DNA of 64,000 nt, from the NCBI GenBank assembly GCA_949295325.1, contig CASFKG010000002.1, positions 76,047 through 140,046 of the forward strand, given 5' to 3'. Below are positions 60,550 to 64,000 of the stretch, piece after piece. The notes beneath the pieces were generated by a model. It was not told the DNA's origin. It saw only the letters and a program-made list of their open reading frames with translations, and made no database searches. Source of the stretch: an uncultured bacterium (GTDB lineage Bacteria > Bacillota_I > Bacilli_A > RFN20 > CAG-826). A program made the position numbers and the translations under genes. Each line of letters begins with the position of its first letter. The first letter of the stretch is position 1.

Positions 60550-62943
60550 ATGCCATACGACCACACCAAAATCGAGTCCAAGTGGCGCTCGTTTTACTTG
60601 GAAAACGAAACCTTCAAGTGCGACACGCACGACTTTTCCAAGCCGAAGTACTACGTGCTCGACATGTTCCCTTATCCCTCGGGGCAAGGCCTCCACGTCG
60701 GACACCCCGAAGGTTATACGGCCACCGACATAGTGGCCAGGAAGAAGAGGATGGAAGGCTATAACGTCCTCCACCCGATGGGCTGGGACGCCTTCGGCCT
60801 GCCGGCGGAACAGTTCGCCATAAAGAACAACGTCCACCCCGAGGCCTTCACCCGGAAGAACATCGCCCATTTCAAGGAGCAGATAAATTCCCTCGGCCTC
60901 AGCTACGACTGGAGCAAGGAATTCGCCACCATCGACGAGGACTACTACCGCTGGACCCAGTGGATTTTCGCCCGCATGTTCGAAAACGACTTGGCCTACG
61001 TCGCGGACATCCCCGTCAACTACTGCGAGGAACTGGGAACCGTTTTGGCCAACGAGGAAGTCATAGACGGCAAGTCCGAAAGGGGAGGCTATCCGGTCAA
61101 GCGCATCCCGATGCGCCAGTGGATCCTCCGCATCACCAAATACGCCAAGCAGCTCGAAGAGGGCCTCAAGACCCTCGACTGGCCGAAGAGCACAATCGAA
61201 ATGCAGAGGAACTGGATCGGGGAGAGCCACGGGGTCGAAATCGACTTCAAGGTCAAGGGCCGCGACGACGGTTTCACCGTCTATACCACCCGGGTCGATA
61301 CCCTTTTCGGCTGCACCTACTGCTGCCTGGCCCCGGAACACCCGCTCGTGGAAAAACTCGCCACGCCGGAGCAGCGGAAGGAAGTGGAAGCCTATGTCGA
61401 AGCCGCCGCCCGCAAGTCCGACCTCATGCGCACTTCGCTAGAAAAGGAAAAAAGCGGGGTATTCCTCGGCGTCTACGCCATAAACCCCATAAACGGGAAG
61501 GAAATACCCATCTACGTCGCCGACTACGTCCTCGGGGCCTACGGGTCCGGGGCCGTCATGGCGGTGCCGGCCCACGACGAACGCGACTACGCCTTCGCCA
61601 AGAAGCACGGGCTCGGCATGGTCCAGGTTTTGGAAGGCGACGTTTCCCAAAACGCCTTCGTCGGCGATGCCAAGCACATCAACAGCGGTTTTGCCGACGG
61701 GCTCGATATCGCCGGGGCGAAGAGGGCCATAACCGAAAGGCTTATCGAAATCGGCGCCGGCCGGGAGAAGGTCAACTTCAAGCTCCGCGACTGGATATTC
61801 TCGCGCCAGCGCTACTGGGGCGAGCCCATCCCGGTCGTGGAGACCCAAGATGAGGTGGAACACGCGGTTCCCGATAGCGAACTGCCGGTCCGGCTCCCGG
61901 AAATGGAGGACTACCGTCCCAGCCGCAACGGCAAACCCCCGCTTTCCAAGGCCCCCGACAGCTGGCTTCATACCGTCTATAACGGCAAGCCCGCGGTCCG
62001 CGAAACCAACACGATGCCCCAATGGGCGGGCAGCAGCTGGTATTTCCTGCGCTTCGTCGATCCCCATAACGACAAGGAACTCGGAAGCCGGGAACTGCTC
62101 GACCACTGGCTTCCCGTCGATCTCTACATAGGCGGCCAGGAACACGCGGTCCTCCATCTGCTCTATGCGCGCTTCTACACCAAGTTCCTCCACGACATCG
62201 GGGTCCTCAAGGCGGACGAACCCTTCAAGAGGCTCTTCCACCAGGGGATGATCCTCGGGGCCAACGGGGAGAAGATGAGCAAGGCCCGCGGAAACGTCGT
62301 CAATCCCGACGACATCGTGAAGCAGTACGGGGCCGACTCCCTCCGGCTTTTCGAGATGTTCGCCGGACCGCTCAACGAATCCAAGCCCTGGACCACCACC
62401 GGGCTGGAAGGCGCCAGGCGCTTCATCGAGCGCGTTTACCGTCTCGTCGAAAACAACCTGGATAGCCTCTCGGACACCAATTCCGGGGAACTTGATTATA
62501 GTTACAACTTCATGGTCAAGAAGGTGAGCGAGGATTACGACGCGCTTTCCTTCAATACCGCGATTGCCCAGATGATGGTCTTCGTGAACGACTGCTACAA
62601 GGCCAAGTCGCTTTATCGGCCCTACGTCGAGAACTTCGTCAAGATGTTCGGCTGCGTCTGCCCCTTCGTCGGGGAAGAGCTTTTCGAGATGCTGACCGGC
62701 AAGAAAGGCTTCGACTACGAGCCGTGGCCGGCCTATGACGAAAGCAAGCTCGTGAAAAACGAGGTCACGATTTCCCTTGCGATAAACGGCAAGGGCCGCG
62801 ACCTCATCGTCATCCCAAAGGACGCCGACAGGGAAACCGCCCTCAAGGCCGCGCTTTGCAGCGAGAAGGCCGCAAAGTACATCGCGGGCGAACCCAAGAA
62901 GGTCATCTACGTCCCGGGGAAGATAATCAACCTCATTTTCTGA
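60550..62943 (+). CDS. leuS: leucyl-tRNA synthetase
   Basis: HIGH-type motif (HVGHPEGY), KMSKS (KMSKARGN), CP1 editing domain, 797 aa. Confidence 0.95.
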   Translation: MPYDHTKIESKWRSFYLENETFKCDTHDFSKPKYYVLDMFPYPSGQGLHVGHPEGYTATDIVARKKRMEGYNVLHPMGWDAFGLPAEQFAIKNNVHPEAFTRKNIAHFKEQINSLGLSYDWSKEFATIDEDYYRWTQWIFARMFENDLAYVADIPVNYCEELGTVLANEEVIDGKSERGGYPVKRIPMRQWILRITKYAKQLEEGLKTLDWPKSTIEMQRNWIGESHGVEIDFKVKGRDDGFTVYTTRVDTLFGCTYCCLAPEHPLVEKLATPEQRKEVEAYVEAAARKSDLMRTSLEKEKSGVFLGVYAINPINGKEIPIYVADYVLGAYGSGAVMAVPAHDERDYAFAKKHGLGMVQVLEGDVSQNAFVGDAKHINSGFADGLDIAGAKRAITERLIEIGAGREKVNFKLRDWIFSRQRYWGEPIPVVETQDEVEHAVPDSELPVRLPEMEDYRPSRNGKPPLSKAPDSWLHTVYNGKPAVRETNTMPQWAGSSWYFLRFVDPHNDKELGSRELLDHWLPVDLYIGGQEHAVLHLLYARFYTKFLHDIGVLKADEPFKRLFHQGMILGANGEKMSKARGNVVNPDDIVKQYGADSLRLFEMFAGPLNESKPWTTTGLEGARRFIERVYRLVENNLDSLSDTNSGELDYSYNFMVKKVSEDYDALSFNTAIAQMMVFVNDCYKAKSLYRPYVENFVKMFGCVCPFVGEELFEMLTGKKGFDYEPWPAYDESKLVKNEVTISLAINGKGRDLIVIPKDADRETALKAALCSEKAAKYIAGEPKKVIYVPGKIINLIF

Positions 62944-62944
62944 A

Positions 62945-63691
62945 ATGCTTCTGGCCATCGACATCGGAAATACCCTGACCAAACTGGCCCTCTTCGAAGG
63001 AAGCCTCATCCGCAAGAAGGCCGTCTTTTCGACGAAGGATTTCTCGGGCGGCCCCGCGGGCCTGATACGGGGCTTCCTGTCGGGGGAAATTGCCGATTTC
63101 GCGATCGTTTCCCTCGTGGTCGCCCCCTTGGGGGAAGTACTCGAGGAAGCCTTCTTCTCCCTTGGAACGGCCCACCGCGTATTGCTGCAGGGCAGCCGGG
63201 GAATCATAAAGGACGCGGTCAAGGACATATCGGAGGTCGGCTCCGACATCATGGCGGACGTCCGGGGCGCCTTGCTTTTGGGGAACGGCCCCTATTTCAT
63301 CGCCGACCTCGGGACCGCCGACAAGTACATACTGGTCGACGGGGAGAACACGTTCGCCGGCATGGCCATCGATTCGGGACTCGGGGTTTCCTCGCGTGCC
63401 CTCGGGGCGAGTGCCTCCGCGCTCGGGGAGGTGGCCTATGAACTGCCGAAGTCCCCGCTGGGCCGCGATACGAGCGAATGCATGAATGCCGGTTTCCTTT
63501 ACGGGAGAAAATACGAAATCGAGGGTTTTTGCCGCGATTATGCGGCGATATTGGGGTCGGAGCCCCGCAAAATACTGACGGGCGGCAACGCCGTCTACCT
63601 CAAGGGGATACTCGGCGGCTTCGAGTATCTGCCCGACCTCAGCCTTTATGGGCTATTGAGCATCGCCTCGGAGGAAAGAAATGGATTATAG
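62945..63691 (+). CDS. coaX: type III pantothenate kinase
   Basis: MLLAIDIGNTLTKLALFEG N-terminal motif with an ASKHA fold, 248 aa. Confidence 0.85.
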   Translation: MLLAIDIGNTLTKLALFEGSLIRKKAVFSTKDFSGGPAGLIRGFLSGEIADFAIVSLVVAPLGEVLEEAFFSLGTAHRVLLQGSRGIIKDAVKDISEVGSDIMADVRGALLLGNGPYFIADLGTADKYILVDGENTFAGMAIDSGLGVSSRALGASASALGEVAYELPKSPLGRDTSECMNAGFLYGRKYEIEGFCRDYAAILGSEPRKILTGGNAVYLKGILGGFEYLPDLSLYGLLSIASEERNGL

Positions 63692-64000
63692 GAACGTCTT
63701 GTTCGTGGCCGTGGCCCTCCTGCTGCTACTGCTATGCCTCTACATGAGGAACAGGGAAAGGGGGAGGAAATTCCGCTACGACGCCGCCAACATAAGCTTC
63801 GACGGCTTTTTGCTCGCGCTTACCGCGCTGCTGGCCTTCGTCCCGCAGATAGGCTACATCACCATCGTGCCCGGCATTTCATTCACGCTGGTGCACATCC
63901 CGGTCTTGCTCGCCGCCATGGTGGGCGGCCGCCGGAAGGGGCTGCTCCTCGGGACTGCCTTCGGCGTTACCTCGATGTTCGTCGCGATGACGCAGCCGGT
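63681..64000 (+). CDS. partial membrane protein, possibly an ECF-transporter S component (runs off the window)
   Basis: ATG 63681 overlaps the coaX end by 11 nt. It has hydrophobic helices with IGYITIVPGISFTLVHIPVLLAAMVGG, reminiscent of ECF S-components. Confidence 0.35.
   Translation, partial: MDYRNVLFVAVALLLLLLCLYMRNRERGRKFRYDAANISFDGFLLALTALLAFVPQIGYITIVPGISFTLVHIPVLLAAMVGGRRKGLLLGTAFGVTSMFVAMTQP

Noticed and set aside
60049-63252. Large antisense ORFs 60049..61341 (430 aa) and 61438..63252 (604 aa)
   Set aside because: They are antisense to glgA/leuS/coaX, which have unambiguous conserved motifs. Their translations are low-complexity R/G/P-rich.

Overview
This 64-kb window is GC-rich (roughly 58-60 % by eye), densely coding, and uses the standard genetic code (TGA is a stop, e.g. 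at the ends of glpK and yigZ). Taxon assignment from this window is weak inference only. The gene order is Firmicutes/Bacilli-like, with these conserved blocks:
- F1F0 ATP synthase operon atpI-B-E-F-H-A-G-D-C.
- gmk-priA-(rsmB-like)-rlmN-stp-stk-rpe.
- addB-addA, and glgC-glgD-glgA-leuS-coaX.
- Rubrerythrin, thioredoxin, glycerol kinase, Xaa-Pro aminopeptidase, phosphofructokinase, rpmB.
- RNA genes: an initiator tRNA-fMet, and a tRNA-Asp/tRNA-Phe pair facing a tRNA-Gly/tRNA-Asp pair in inverted orientation.

No CRISPR array, IS element, integrase or rRNA was seen.

The accessory content is the more unusual part:
- A 2314-aa extremely acidic protein with an N-terminal 4-5-helix membrane anchor and no recognisable domain (15591..22535). 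It is translationally coupled to a YigZ/IMPACT gene and diverges from a thioredoxin-TraX-CPBP protease cluster across a palindromic operator.
- A 3.6-kb segment bracketed by perfect inverted 77-bp tRNA-Asp copies. It carries an 807-aa lipoprotein with four tandem 'GTW' repeats and a MATE-transporter remnant.
- A glycolipid-type operon (membrane protein-GT4 glycosyltransferase-acyltransferase).
- A catalytically degenerate RsmB paralog; a PASTA-less, membrane-less Ser/Thr kinase; a truncated ATP synthase epsilon; and an ATP-grasp gene appended to the atp operon.
- An uncharacterised ORF fused to the addBA operon.
- A recurring leaderless-promoter architecture (-10 hexamer 6-8 nt, or 11 nt at gmk, upstream of the ATG).
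- Several palindromes overlapping -10 elements.

All functional calls rest on motif recognition by eye and need homology search to confirm.
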